Below, in pieces: positions 22,604-37,344 of a stretch of 64,000 nt of DNA (position 1 is the stretch's first letter; every line of letters begins with the position of its first letter). The stretch spans positions 185,566,001-185,630,000 of the forward strand of contig NC_042997.1 in the NCBI RefSeq assembly GCF_006345805.1, read 5' to 3'. The position numbers were made by a program, and so were the translations under genes. The stretch comes from Octopus sinensis. Taxonomy: Eukaryota. Below the pieces are notes generated by a model. It had not been told where the DNA came from. It did no database searches and saw only the letters and a list, made by a program, of their open reading frames with translations.

Positions 22604-23594
22604 ATATATAGTAAGAGATAGAGAGACGTGTAAATATAAGAAGGTAGTGAAGCTAGAAGAGCGATTATTTTTGTATCATCTGTACTACTTTTTAATCTAT
22701 TTCACAAAAATTGTTTACTGAACCACTTCGAGACTGCTACTTATATGCAAAATGAATAGAAAGAAACCACTGTAACATGTAACAAGGTACCAATATTAAA
22801 CGTTAACACTTGTGAATCACTTCCGAATCACGAAGGACAATGTTGAATGCCTTAGAGACATTAGTTCTTTGGGGGAAGTTGTTTAGTTTTAAATGCTCTG
22901 TGAAGACGAAGCTAATCTATGATCTGTCATCTGGAAGAAAAATCTTCACTCTGTAGTAAAATAAATAATCAGAAATCTTTGCAGGGTACGAGAAAACAAA
23001 CAGGGATAGCTAGCACTAATTATCTCAACATTTGGTCTGCTAGCGAAGAAAGTGCGGAGACGCATAAATAAATATACTTACATCCATGTCCACATACAAT
23101 CGCGGGTCGAAGGTCTTACAATGTCAGTTCATGACTGTTTAACGTGCGTTGTTATGTATTTACTTAATTATAAAGAGGTGGTGCAAATGGACAGATTGAT
23201 AGAATGCCAAACTGGATGTTTTCTTATAAACAGTTCAGTACATGACTGTTCATTCATATTTCCAAGTCTGTTAGAATCGATTTTGATTTCCTTTGTTCTG
23301 GGTCAATTCAAATATACACGCCATTCAATAAATTACATGACTGCATAAAAAATACAGAAATATATTGTGTAATGTCTGTTTTCCATCGTTCACTATGCAT
23401 GTAGGTACAAAGAAAGTTAGTAGCATAACAGCGGATAAAATATGTCTTACAGTGTTTATTGAAGAGTCGTTATTTTTTTAATTTGATTTCCCACCGACGT
23501 CGACTTTAACGTTCATCATTCAAGAGTCATTGAAGGGCGATATAAGCGATTTCTTCGGTCAATCATTGTGGCCTTGTGCCTATAACGCGCACGC

Positions 23595-24090
<496 letters not shown>

Positions 24091-24273
24091 CAGGGAGAGA
24101 GAATGGGAGAGAACTCGGGTGTGTACAGAAATACAAAAAATAAACACTACACCTCAACATATTCATTTGCAAATACCTTAGCTCTATGATTACGACACTG
24201 TTACCACTCTGTGTGTGTGTGTGTGTGTGTAGACAGATAGACAGACATATAGACAGACAGATAGACAGACAGG

Positions 24274-24308
<35 letters not shown>

Positions 24309-24599
24309 GTGGCGGGAGATAGGTATTCGTATACAGATACATACACACACATGCACGCGTACACATGTACACATAATGACTGTTGCTTTCACGACATGAT
24401 ACATGTATAAGTAATGCCTTGCTATTTCTTTACCTCTCTCGATAATGTTTCTTCCATACTAACTTGATATAAATTGTTTATTCTGTGATATGAGCTCTAT
24501 GCAGTATATAAGCACACACATACACACGCACAGGTTTACTAATAAATACCTACGTGTACACACAACGTAATATACTCCTTTCTTGCTGACATCAAACAT

Positions 24600-24960
24600 A
24601 TCCAGCCTGATCTGAACAGAACGCATGCTGATGCAGTCCATATCGCCAACTTCACCTGATTTACTTCAGCTATAACACTCTACCATTACCAACTTAACTT
24701 CTTCCATTCAGTTCTTTCCCCTTTCAGCTTAAGTGTCACTAGTCTGTACAACTCTAGTTGTTGGTATAACATACGAACCCATCCTACCAAGCAACGGGGC
24801 CCCAACCGATTCCAAGACCATTCACGCCAGGATATATTATTTAGTATTTTCACACATCGGATCTTTATGATTGTAAGGTTACATATTCAATGCTGCTTTA
24901 TTGAGATACCACCAGACGGGTTGCCAACTAAGCTAAATAGTTTTCACACCCCATGAGACA
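24600..24960 (-). pseudogene. Possible highly degraded Tx1/L1-like LINE ORF2 C-terminal fragment
   Basis: Manual translation with stops ..PRCLVGWVRMLY..KKLSW*W*SVIAEVNQVKLAIWTAS; weak resemblance only. Confidence 0.2.
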
Positions 24961-25632
24961 AAATTAACACTGCTGGATTTCCACCGGATACTTCACACTT
25001 TCGAGGTAGGTACCGAATAGATTTACCGAATATAAGAGTGTGAACATGGAGTAACCGCAGTAAGCTCTCCAGATCGTACATAAATTAAGTATTCTTTACA
25101 GCAGTAGAAAGAAATAGTGTGGTGCTTCCACAATTTATACTAAACATACTACAAACTTTTGTTCTGTACAATCGACTCTGATAGGATCCATTGACAAAAA
25201 TGAGTTTAGTGTCAAATGATGATGACAGTCTTTAATAATTATTGGTAATGGAGAAACCTGAACAAGGTGGTTCGATGAGAATCGAGAGCGGTTAGTGATA
25301 CAGAAAAATAGTGAGGAGCTAGCTATCAACAAGAAGAATTACTTAAGGAAGCTATCACGACCGATGTGCTAGCTGCAGAGAAATTCTCCCATGAAATTCG
25401 ATAATTTTCTCAATGAAACACAAAAGTTGCATTAAAAAATACAAAGCTCGGGCACTGAAAGAAAAAAGAACGAAATCTCCCTTATAGGAACTGGTTGATG
25501 GTGATGCAAAATGAAAAACAAAACCACAATCCGGTCGTTGACATCCCAAAAGGAGTTCGTACTGCAAAAGGAGTTCGTCTGCTTGTATCTCTTCACTGAT
25601 ATTTTGCTCGACTGCTTGAGCAAGTAATGAGT

Positions 25633-25685
<53 letters not shown>

Positions 25686-26702
25686 AAGTAGATGTCAATG
25701 CCTTCTTGAACGGCTTTCGGTGGATAACAGCAAAGAATTTTTGGAAGCGAGGAGCAGCAGTACGAGAGAAAATTTGTTCACTTTGTATGTGCCCTTCGAG
25801 ATTTATTAACATACACTATGAGTCTTGGCAACTTCTTAGCAAAACAGTCCCACTAGAGAATGAATACATTGCCAATTTTATAAGCGAGTTAGTACTGCAA
25901 AGGGTGTGCTGTTGATAAAATCCGACCCATAAATCTGATTTTGAACAATGAATAAGGAAACAGCTTGGCACTTATTATCGGTGATTTGGTAAGGAAGTGC
26001 TTGACACTTTCACCTTTCTTGCTTTAGCTGGCTTTTGGAATATTCCTTCAGAAGTTAGAACTGTTGAAGAGAATCCTTTTCTAGTTGGAAAACAGAAGAA
26101 CCATCTTTAACTATACGGACATCGTCACCGTTAGTTATCGAACACCTATAAAGTGGACGTAGTTTGCAGTATTCTAAAGGAATACAAAGCAGTGGCAAGA
26201 ACAAAGTGATGGTCGACTCTTTGAGAGGGCTAGTCCTTGCCTTCGGACAGCGTCATGGGCTGCTGGATGGATAGACCGGTTAAACCCTTCGACTTATGTT
26301 TCGAACCGAGCCTGCAGGACTACAGGAATTAAGACAACGTTATAAATAGAATTGTTCGTAATAGAATTGCTTATAATTTTGTCCAAAAAGGATAAAAAGA
26401 AAGCTCTTTCTGAAAGGCTGTGCAAAGGTGTGGAATGCCTGCATGACCTCTGTCTTTACTTACCGCTTGATCAAAGTACCTGGTCCCCCGTTCGTCTAAC
26501 TCCATCGGTATATCTTCTTTGCTTCATCTTAAAGAGACGTGTTCCATTGGTCAGTCAAATCGTGACTGTTGCCGCAATTATACACGTATAATAGGCTAAA
26601 TACATTTCATGGAAGTCAATGTTAAACTGGGCAAATGTTGGACCTTCCTTTCATCAACTATCTTTGTTATTTAATAATTTGTTTCTTTATCTTCCTTGTA
26701 GT

Positions 26703-27045
26703 GAAGGCGCAGTGGCCTAGTAGTTAGGGCAGCGGACTCGCGGTTTTAGGATCGCGATTTCGATTCCCAGACCGGGCGTTGCGAGTGTTTATTGAGCGAA
26801 AACACCTAAAGCTCCACGAGGCTCCACAACTTTCTCTTACTCTTTCTTACTGTTTCTGTCGTACTTGTATTTCAAAGGACCAGCCTTGTCACGCTCTGTG
26901 TCACTCACGCTGAATCTCCCTAACAACTACGTTAAGGGTACACGTGTCTGTGCAGTACTCAGCCACTTGTACGTTAATTTCACGAGCAGGCTGTTCCGTT
27001 GATCGGATCAACTGGAGCACTCGTCGTCGTAATCAACGAATTACT
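26703..27045 (+). mobile_element. SINE group C (head C1 + tail Y)
   Basis: GGCGCAGTGGCCTAGTAGTTAGGGCAGCGGACTCGCGG head; tail ..CTACGTTAAGGGTACACGTGTCTGTG..AATTTCACGAGCAGGCTGTTCCGTTGATCGG. Confidence 0.88.
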
Positions 27046-27199
27046 TAATAACATCACACCATCACAGTGTTTGCGCAGACCAGTCGAAACACTATCTCTC
27101 TTCTATGTTGTTTGTTGCTGTGACCGATCTAGGATTCAGAGATGTTTCCAGTTAGGAAACTTAAATTCCACTAGACTGATTCGGGCTTATTGAAGAAAT

Positions 27200-27231
<32 letters not shown>

Positions 27232-28199
27232 AACAAACACACACACACACACATATACACATACACACGCACACATACACACACGCAAAGAGGAAGAGAA
27301 TGACATAGAGGGGCACACATATATTTGTGTGTCTCTGTGTGTATGTGTGGGTGCATTCACAAATGCGCTCGTTTTTCTGAAGTTACTTTTATGCAATAGC
27401 GTGTGTAATGTATAAGTGTATGCAATGAGATTGCTATTATGAAATATTTTCAAGTCATTTGCATATATATTCATTTATCTTCAACACACTTGTATCACAA
27501 CTTTGAATGCTTCACATTAAATGTAATCTTCAGAGGAGGCGAACACTAAAAATTGACGAAAAAAAAACAAAAAAAAAACATAAAGAACGAGTCCTACAAG
27601 CATTTTATCTTTTGAATCTCATGTAATTCAGTTCATATAGCACATCCGTTTCGAAGATTTTTATACGATTCTAATAAATAAACAGATAAATAAACCAAGC
27701 GGTGGTACATATTAACTTACATAAGTCTTCACTCTTCAAACAGTCGTATATGACTTTCAAAAGATGTAGAAGAAAACATAGAGAAAAATAACATGGCAGT
27801 AAAATGTAGCGGTGACGCCAATACAGACTTTTGGCAAGAATAGACTAGAGAAAAGTAAATAAACTGAATGATAATTTCACGGGCACATCAGAGAATTGCT
27901 TGTATATTTGCCACCTGGAAAGTTATTTGGCAGGAACAAACGAAACTTATGAATCTACGATCGATGTGTTGGTAATAGTAGTCTCTGTTGCCCTTTCTAT
28001 ATATTTGTAAGTATTAATGTCTGACTGCGTGCGTATAAGGTGTTGCTCGTTAGACATCTTCCTCTCTGTGTGTGTGTGTGCGTGTGTGTGTGCTTAAGTA
28101 TAATTTATATATATGTTGGCTAGTTTGTTTATGATTGCACATACCCACATAATGTATGAAATGGTATATTTATTTGTAAATACAACCTTCTCTCATACT

Positions 28200-28240
<41 letters not shown>

Positions 28241-28279
28241 TTCAGTCTCTCTCTCCAATGTGTGCGTATAATATATAAG

Positions 28280-28316
<37 letters not shown>

Positions 28317-28399
28317 ATAATATATATGTATATATATATACATATATATATATATACATACATATATATATGTATATATATATACATACATATATATAT

Positions 28400-28445
<46 letters not shown>

Positions 28446-28564
28446 CATATACATACATACATTCATATATATATATATACATGTATACATATATATATAT
28501 ATATATACATATACATACATATATACATATACATATACATACATACATTCATATATATATATAT

Positions 28565-28612
<48 letters not shown>

Positions 28613-28650
28613 TACATGTATAGTATATACACATACATATATACAAACAT
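28200..28650. repeat. (CT)n plus long degenerate (TA)n microsatellite
   Basis: Direct inspection. Confidence 0.95.
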
Positions 28651-29260
28651 GTGAGCTTACTTCTATGTATGGGAAGTAGGTATGAAATGTTGTTCTGAAT
28701 GACTACATGCATAGTTACATGAACGTATGTGTAAAGCTATGCATTTGAATATATCAATATGCATATATTTTATATATTCATACATTGCCGTATGATGTTT
28801 ATTTGTGTAACCTTATGTATATATTCATCAAATACGTATATTTATGTTATTCACAGTATTGTGAGCATATTGTATACATGCATGCTATTAATTCTGGGTG
28901 TCCATATGGACACAAACACATTCACTCAAATACATATGACTTAAATACATACATATACTTGAACATACATATACATATACACACGTACGTATACACAGAC
29001 AGACATGTATATAGACATACACACATATGCGCAGACTTTGTATTGTATATTGGAGATTTCTGAATCTCGTTCTGTGATTCATATGGACGTGTAATAGTTC
29101 AGTGAATTCATAAGTTCATTCGTAAGGGACATCCAGATTATTACTTGCCTATTGTTAGGGATATGTGTTTGGCTTTTACCCCTTCATTCATTTTTTTTTA
29201 CTCTGTCTCACAATTTCCCACAATTCATCAAACTACACTTCCTATTCATCACTATATATA

Positions 29261-29908
29261 TTTCTTTGCTGCTCACAAGGGTCTAAACATAGAGGGGACA
29301 AATAAGGACAGACAAAGGGATTAAGTCGATTAAATCGACCTCGGCGGAATTTGAACTCGGAACTTAAATACAGACGAAATTCCGCTATGCATTTCGCCCA
29401 GTGTGCTAAGGTTTCATATTTCTTTACTGCTCACTAGGCAAAGTCGACCTCGGCGGAATTTGAACTCAGAACGTAACGACAGACGAAATACCTATTTCTT
29501 TACTACCCACAAGGGGTCAAACACAGAGAGGACAAACAAGGACAGAGAAACGGATTAAGTTGATTTTATCTACCCCAGTGCGTAACTGGTACTTAATTTA
29601 TTGACCCCGAAAGAATGAAAGGCAAAGTCGACCTCGGCGGAATTTGAACTCAGAACGTAACGACAGACGAAATACCTAATTCCTTACTACCCACAAGGGG
29701 CCAAAGACAGAGAGGACAAACAAGGACAGACAAACGGATTAAGTCGATTATATCAACCTCAGTGCGTAACTGGTACTTATTTAATCGACCCCGAAAGGAT
29801 GAAAGGCAAAGTCTACCTTGGGAGAATTTGAACTCAGAACGTAACGGCAGACGAAATACGGCTACGCATTTCGCCCGGCGTGCTAACGTTTCTGCCAGCT
29901 CGCCGCCT
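29261..29908 (-). mobile_element. SINE group A four-unit head-to-tail multimer with 22-bp TSD
   Basis: GGCAAAGTCGACCTCGGCGGAATTTGAACTC core is repeated; ACTTCCTAT(T/C)CATCACTATATA at 29237-29258 and 29910-29931. Confidence 0.92.
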
Positions 29909-30646
29909 TACTTCCTATCCATCACTATATAATGACACGGTGGTAGTCTCACATGTAGCCTCTAGCAAGTGCTGTACTGGGTGAAGCTGATCGTTTCGTT
30001 TCTTTTGTTGTCATCTGCCGGTCATCAGCTGTTTCCTTCCTTTCGCCTGTATAACCAGAATTTCTCATGTATTTGTAAGTGTTAGTGTCTGTGTGTGTTC
30101 CCAGGTCTACTCTAATTCAAAGCAGTAACACCTGTTGGGATCCCAGCTATGGGTTAATAAGCATACTAGGGCTTGCCTACCTATGCATACAAGGTCGATC
30201 CAGTGTACTCTGCGGAACGAAACAAGAATGCCTTTGCATGTGAGATTTTGAAATGGATCTTACTTCGTCTGTAGTATATTGGTTAACGCGTGGAGCAAAG
30301 TCTACGGCTCTCTATATTCTTCTCAAAAACATCTTTACTTGGATGTAGAAACCTTTCTGTTCACCAGCCTTTAGCCATCATATACTAGCACATTTCGACT
30401 AGTCACACTAGTGACATTTCTTTCGATTTGAGGTTTAACGCTAATGGCTAATGCAACGTATTTCTCGCTCTCAGATTGAACCTTTTGCCTTTTTCACGTC
30501 CATCCCGTACTCATCTTGAAAGGCGTTCTCAACTATTTTTATGGTTCTTGTAAAGGAGCAAAACATTGCTACACTGTTGGTGTAGCTGAGGTAACAGTGA
30601 CTATCATAGCGATGACTTTGTGGTGTTCGTATTGGGTACAATTGGA

Positions 30647-30878
30647 AGGCGGCGGGCTGGCAGAATCGTTAGCACGCCGGGCGAAATGCTTAGCGGTATT
30701 TCGTCTGCCGCTACGTTCTGAGTTCAAATTCTGCCGAGGTCGACTTTGCCTTTCATCCTTTCGGGGTCGATTAAATAAGTACCAGTTACGCACTGGGGTC
30801 GATATTCGGCTTAATCCGTTTGTCTGTCCTTGTTTGTCCTCTCTGTGTTCAGCCCCTTGTGGGTAGTAAAGAAATGGG
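30647..30878 (+). mobile_element. SINE group A, full length with TSD
   Basis: Flanked by TATTGGGTACAATT on both sides. Confidence 0.92.
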
Positions 30879-31026
30879 TATTGGGTACAATTACCGTTCC
30901 TCTCTACTCGTCTCGGCGTCCGGGTTCAATAAATTGTTAGGCCTCGTTGTGTTGGTGACAGTTGCTCGTGTATTATTGATGATATTGACCTCAGTGTTGC
31001 TGGACGCATTACTGCTGCTGCTGCTG

Positions 31027-31066
<40 letters not shown>

Positions 31067-31393
31067 CTGCTGCCCGACCGACGTTGACGAGAAAGGTGGC
31101 TGGTTGTTAAAGTTTACGTCTTCGCTCATTGGACTTTGAACTGGAGAAAGAAGAGGTTCCGTTTTACCCCGCTCTGTAACCTTCTCCTCTCTTCACCTAC
31201 TTCTCGTCACACAACGTAACTTTCAGGAATTTTGATTAAGAAATATTTGTAAGAAATATGTATAAAGGAAGAAAGAAACACAAATACACACACACGTGTG
31301 TATGCATTCAAAATCGTATCAATACAATCATAAATTCATACAAATTAGCCCACAAACACTCATAACAATAACAAACGCCAACAACACAGCGTT

Positions 31394-31437
<44 letters not shown>

Positions 31438-32221
31438 AAATACAGAGACCCTGGGCTGAATAAATGAAGGGATTGAGAAAATATAACGAAAATATAAAAA
31501 TAGAAAATAGTGTAAGATAAAAATAAGAATTATGACGAGGACATACAAACATATATATTGTTAGATATTCTTATGTACGCAAAGTATATAATTGAAAGGA
31601 GATAGAGAACTGGGTTACAAGAATGGGTGTTATATTTAGTAATATACAACAGACAGGTTACACTGGTTACATCTGTAGAGCAACTATATATTACAAGTGG
31701 AACGGAAAGGATGCCGGAAAGGAATGTATGGCTGTAAAGAACAGCTGCTGGTGAACCGAGCAATCACAGCGGACTGTAAAAACAAGAAAGAAAAGAGGAA
31801 AACAAACCGTAGCAAGGTTTGGATTGACTAACAAAAGACATTTGATTGGAAACACTCTAGATAAACAAAGCAATCCTAACATTTACGAAATGCTTCAAAC
31901 ATGTTGTGACAAAAAAAAAAAAAAACGAAACAAAACAATTTCATTACAAAGCAAACAGGAAAAAAATTAAGACCAATCCTATGCTCAAAAGAAGAGGAAT
32001 ATTTTGAGTCTTATTGCTTCTCACATTCTTGTCTTGCATTGAGACTATTAAGAAAACGTATTCAACAATACCGCCATGCTAAGGACAAATTATAGGCATT
32101 CTCTTATAAATAACTTGAAGTTATAGATAATGGATAACACTCGAACGGAAAAAATAAAATCTGCTGAAAAATTTTGCATAATTTTGGTTAATACATCATA
32201 AAGAATAGATGTGCCAAAGCG

Positions 32222-32495
32222 TGGAGGCGCAATGGCCCAGTGATTAGGGCAGCGGACTCGTGGTGAGAGGATCGCGCTTTCCATTCCCAGACCGGGCGTT
32301 GTGTGTGTTTATTGAGCGAAAATACATAAAGCTCCACGAGGCTCCGGCAGGGGTTGGTGGGGACCACTGTTGTACTCTATCGCCCCAACCTTCTCTCTGC
32401 GATGGACTGGCGTCCCGTCTAGCTAGGGGGAACACATACGTCCACAGAAACCGGGAAACCGGGCCCATGGACCTGGCTAGGCTTGAAAAGGGCGA
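32222..32495 (+). mobile_element. SINE group C (head C1 + tail X) with 16-bp TSD
   Basis: ATAGATGTGCCAAAGC at 32205-32220 and 32512-32527. Confidence 0.92.
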
Positions 32496-32689
32496 GAAGA
32501 AGAAAAAGTAGATAGATGTGCCAAAGCTACTGTAAAAAGAGACAAATGAACTATAACTGTGTATTATAAATAAATATAGACACGGGCATGAGAGAAATAA
32601 ACCAGAACCACTGATTTAAGTATCTAGAAATAGACGAATACTATATAACACAGAGAAAACATATTCAATGATAATTATATACAACATAG

Positions 32690-32905
32690 GGAGGCACGTG
32701 GCTTAGTGGTTAGGGTGTTGGAAAATGATTCGTAAGATTGTGATCTCGATTCCTGGACTGGGCGACGCGTTGGGTTGAGCAAATCCCTTCATTTCATCTT
32801 GCTCCAATCCACTCAGCTGGCAAAAATGAGTAATCCTGCGACGGAGTCCCGGTCAGTGAGGAATCCGCCATTGAACCGGGAAACTGGCCCTCATGGAGCC
32901 TGGCA
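32690..32905 (+). mobile_element. SINE group C (head C2 + tail X)
   Basis: GGAGGCACGTGGCTTAGTGGTTAGGG..CTCGATTCCTGGACTGGGCGACGCG..CAGCTGGCAAAAATGAGTAA..GAACCGGGGAAACTGGCCC. Confidence 0.85.
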
Positions 32906-33716
32906 TGCTCCTCGATAATACTATACAACAATAATATTTATTCTCAATAGGCCTGAAAATATTTGTGGAGTGGCTAGTGATTACATCACTCCTGTTCCCG
33001 AAAAAATGAATGCGAAATAACCGTCGGCGAAAATCGGAGAAATGGTTAAACAGTAGTCCTGGGCATACGCTTCTACAGTGGCACAATCTATATACAACAT
33101 CAATATAATATTTCTACAAGCAGCTTGAAATTTGTGGGGAGGGACTAGTCGATTACATCAACCCCAGTAATTCATGGTAAAATCAACCGAAAGCATGAAG
33201 GTAAAGCCTCCGGCGGAATTTGAACTCAATCAAAGCGAAATGTCACATAGGGGTTCGGCATAAGAAACTGATAAGTAAGAAACAAACTTCTAAAACTATT
33301 AGTAGGAGATCGATTTGTTTGGCTCCAATAACTGAAACAAGCAAAAAACAAAGATAATAATTTCTATAAATATTAGCAAATTAACATTTGTTTGTATTTT
33401 TATAAGCGTTGAAATGTGTATTGTAAGATACAAATAATACGATAATTCATTTTCAAACGCAGAAACGCCGTTAGAACAGCAAAAATATTACGTATATTAT
33501 CTTTAGAAAGCAGAAAAAATTTGTCAACAAACATCGGATATGAACTCACAGCGCTTGAAGACTCCGGCCAAGTGATTTACTGTTAAGCTAAGCTGCCCAT
33601 TGACAAATTAAGCCCCAATCTTAGACGCTACATAGCTGAAAGCACAACTACGTGTATATCACTATAAACAAACTAACATTTTTTAAAGCGTTGAAATGTG
33701 TATTGTAAGATGCAAA

Positions 33717-34105
33717 TCTATATATATAAAGCTGAAGTTGTCTGTGTGTGGCAGGTTTGGTAGCCTTCAACTAACACTATCTCCTCCAAGATCCTGCGGG
33801 GCAAGTTGACCAAAATTGAGAGTATGATAGAAGAAGGCTTGCTCTTCATTCCGTAAATATAAATTTAAATTGGACCATGTTAAGACCAAAAATTATTTAC
33901 ATCACAAAGGTGCTTTTTTTTCTATGAAATTTATATTTTTTACAATTTTTTTGCTGCTGTGTCGCCATTTTTTCGGTGTATTTCAACAGAAAAAATGTTC
34001 ACTTAAAGAGAATAACAAGCTACATAATGCAAAAGTTTTTTCTTTCTAAAATTCCAATTCTAAAGGGTCGAAACAAACCCGAGCAACGCCGGGCGATACT
34101 GCTAG
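33717..34105 (+). mobile_element. Non-autonomous Helitron-like element inserted between A and T
   Basis: TC-TATATATA..CCCGAGCAACGCCGGGCGATACTGCTAG; the paralogous empty site is at ~33405-33490. Confidence 0.88.
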
Positions 34106-34274
34106 TAAGATGATAATTTATTTTCAAATGTAGGAACGCCGTTAGAACAGCAGAAATATTGGGTATGACTGTTGATAAATTTTTCCGCTTTGTAGGTGTA
34201 ATTTACCAAATATTTCTGCTGTTCTCACGGCGTTTCTGCGTTTGAAACTAAATTATCATCTTAATAATAATAAT

Positions 34275-34494
34275 AGTGTTTCGAATTTTAAGCTCAAGGC
34301 CAACAATTTTAGGAAGGGTTTAAGTCGGTTATATCGATCTCAGTGCACAAAAGGCTTATTTTACCTGATAGGATCAAAGTCAAAGTTGGTCTTATCAGAA
34401 TTTGAACTCAGAAATTAAAGACGAACGAGATGTCTCTGAGCATTTTGTCCGACACGATAACGATTCTGCTAGCTCACCGCCTTTACAATAATAC

Positions 34495-34543
<49 letters not shown>

Positions 34544-34750
34544 TTAATAATCCTTTCTACAAAAGGCAAAAGGCCTGAAATTTTCGGGTAATGGGAGTAG
34601 TTGATTACATCGACTCTCAGTGTCTCACTGGTACTTAACGTATCGACCCCTTAAGGATGAAAGACAAAGTCGACCTCGACGGAATTTGAACTCAGAACGT
34701 AAAGACAGATGAAATGCTGCCATGCATTTCAACGGCGCGCTAACGATTTT
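34275..34750 (-). mobile_element. Two degenerate group A SINEs separated by (AAT)n
   Basis: Core AAAGTCGACCTCGACGGAATTTGAACTCAGAACGTAAAGACAG at ~34665 and a diverged copy at ~34380. Confidence 0.8.
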
Positions 34751-34964
34751 GCTAGCTTACGTCAATGGGTGCTTGGTACCAAATACACCGGAAAAAGTAA
34801 TGGACGAAAAGGGGAAGGCAAAAATCCTCTGGGACTTTGATTTCCAAACAAAGTGTTAGAGCACCGAAGGCCGGATATAGTAACCTTTAAGAGGGACAAG
34901 AGCGACTGTTAAGCATTTCGTCCAGCGTGCTAACTCGCCGCCTTAAGATAATAATGATATGATG

Positions 34965-35017
<53 letters not shown>

Positions 35018-36956
35018 TAGATAAATGACCAGAATTATGTAAGTTGATACCATCACTTCCCAGTATTGAGTTTTACTTTATTCTATCGTCCCTGAAGGAA
35101 TGAGAGTTAATGTTAAGTTTGGACTCTATAGAACCGTAAAACTTGACTATTATTCATTCCTTCAAGTTTGTGTTGTGTGTCATTTTTTTTTCAATATATA
35201 TCTAATATCAGTTGAGCCCTCGACAATGTTCGTATTATATGTGTGGAAAATGAAGCGTATGGTAATTATGCGTTCGCACCAAAAAATATCGCTATTATAA
35301 ATGAATTAATTCAGGTCAGACGAGAATTAAGTGCTTCCCACATTTTCAAATTTTGGAGAAATTACCTTGATAAGCCTTCTCTCTGTGAATCAACACGAGT
35401 ATACAACTGATACGTATTATATATGACACCAGTTTATCAAATAAAGCACAGGCTGTATGAAAACATTAACTTTAGCACCAAGAGGGGTAAGATTAATTAA
35501 ATACTGTAATGGTTTTAATCAGGGGCTCTTTCATTTTGCCACCCCCTCTAACATTCAATCTTAAGTGACGTATATTACCTAATAAAAGCTGTAATGATTA
35601 TATGTGTCTCTGTATTTTTCATTTGAGATCTACGCATGGATTATTTTCTCTCAATCGCCTTTACAATATGGTGCGTTACATTCGTTGAAATCCATTATTT
35701 TGAAACCATTATTTGAAACTTATAGTTTCTGATTAGCAATGCACTGGCAGTAAACAAGATAGCAATGAGGAAATAGTAAGAGCTTGATAACACGTTGAAT
35801 GTACCTGACACTTTTGTGACAGTTAATGAGCCGTTGAAATGACTTTTGTTATTATAGCTATGTTGTTATTGTTGTTGATGTTTTGGTGTGGTGTTGGTGT
35901 TGGTGTTGGTGTAGGTGTTGGCAATGGTGTTGATGTTGTTGCTATGGTTATTTCCTGTTTTGATATACCTGATGATGACGAGCCCATGCAAATTAACACG
36001 CGTGAAAAGACAACTCCATTACTAGTTCGGCGCCAATGAAGGATAAGTAGATAACTAACTAGATTGGATTTTGCTATCCAAGGCGTCATTCGTAGCTTTT
36101 GGAAAAGAAGTAAAAGAAATGAAAAAATAAAAAGCAAAATCAAAAAAGCATTGAAATAAAAGAAAGAAAAAAATTAGGAAGAGAGGGTTAATCTGAAACT
36201 AATAATTGAACCATTGTGTGGATTTATTGGGCCAGTGAGCAGCTATTGTTCGAACGTCACAGTCGGATGAGGCAGTAAGGTACCAAGATAGTAAAGGCAT
36301 AAATATGGTCAATGAATTAATTGTTGTGATTTACATAGAAGCGTCAAACAAGTGAATTGGAACTAAATGAGATTAGCGATACGGAACTATCTTACGAGAA
36401 ATAACAGGGTAATGCTTAGGAATTAGGTGGGAATATACCGTACGGCGTGGAAAAAAAATAACAGCAAAAAGTCCCGTCTAAGAATTTTCATAACAATCAG
36501 TTAAAAATAAATAAATAAAAATACCGAACAGCGTCATTCTAAATTGGTTTCAGCATAATAAGGTCTGGTATGCATAGATAAGTGATCTCAGCTGGAGAAC
36601 TGACAAAATAACTGGAAGTGTGATAAGAGCTAAAAAGCAGTTAACGGTATTAGTGAGCAAATTTACAGCTGAAAATTTGTTCTGGGTTGTATCTTACACA
36701 CACACACACACACATATATATATACAAACGTACGCACACACATATATTCAATACAATTTCAGTTGTAAGCTCCTTGTGTCAAAGTAGGTGTAGACTGTCA
36801 TTTAGGACAATTTTTTTCTTATTATTCACGAGTAAGTTGTGAGTAACATAGTAAGAATGTGGTTCTTGGTGAAATAAAGACAAATTGTCTTCCGGTTTCG
36901 ATTCAGATCGAAGCACGCAAGTACATATAGAAGTTTATATATATATATATATATAT

Positions 36957-36987
<31 letters not shown>

Positions 36988-36999
36988 GGTAAACAGTAA

Positions 37000-37117
37000 G
37001 TAAAAATAATTACAGACATGGACAAGAACATGAAACACCACAGAGACGACACAAAGAACCACAGGACGGGACATTCGAAGCCCTCAGTCATCAGTCAAGA
37101 ACCAGATCATCTTAGCA

Positions 37118-37125
<8 letters not shown>
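37000..37125 (-). mobile_element. Unclassified (TA)n-flanked short repeat, related to 12145-12260
   Basis: Shared motifs in reverse complement; (TA)n on both sides. Confidence 0.55.
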
Positions 37126-37153
<28 letters not shown>

Positions 37154-37303
37154 CACGGACATACATACTTACTTACATACCACACATACATGCATACATG
37201 TGTGTGGGTGTGTGTATACAGTAATCCCTCGCCGTATCGCCAGGTTATTATTAAGTTTACGTTGTTTGGTTTTGGTAAATAAATATATCAAATATACAAA
37301 TAT

Positions 37304-37344
<41 letters not shown>

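Noticed and set aside
25135-26340. Moderately GC-rich block that looks like a decayed retroelement ORF
   Set aside because: No diagnostic motif recognised; many stops
29261-29908. Regularly spaced repeats superficially like a CRISPR array
   Set aside because: The units are whole SINE bodies with no unique spacers; eukaryotic context, no cas genes
29975-30030. Minus-strand CTGATGA..GAAACGATC
   Set aside because: Neither stem I nor stem II pairs
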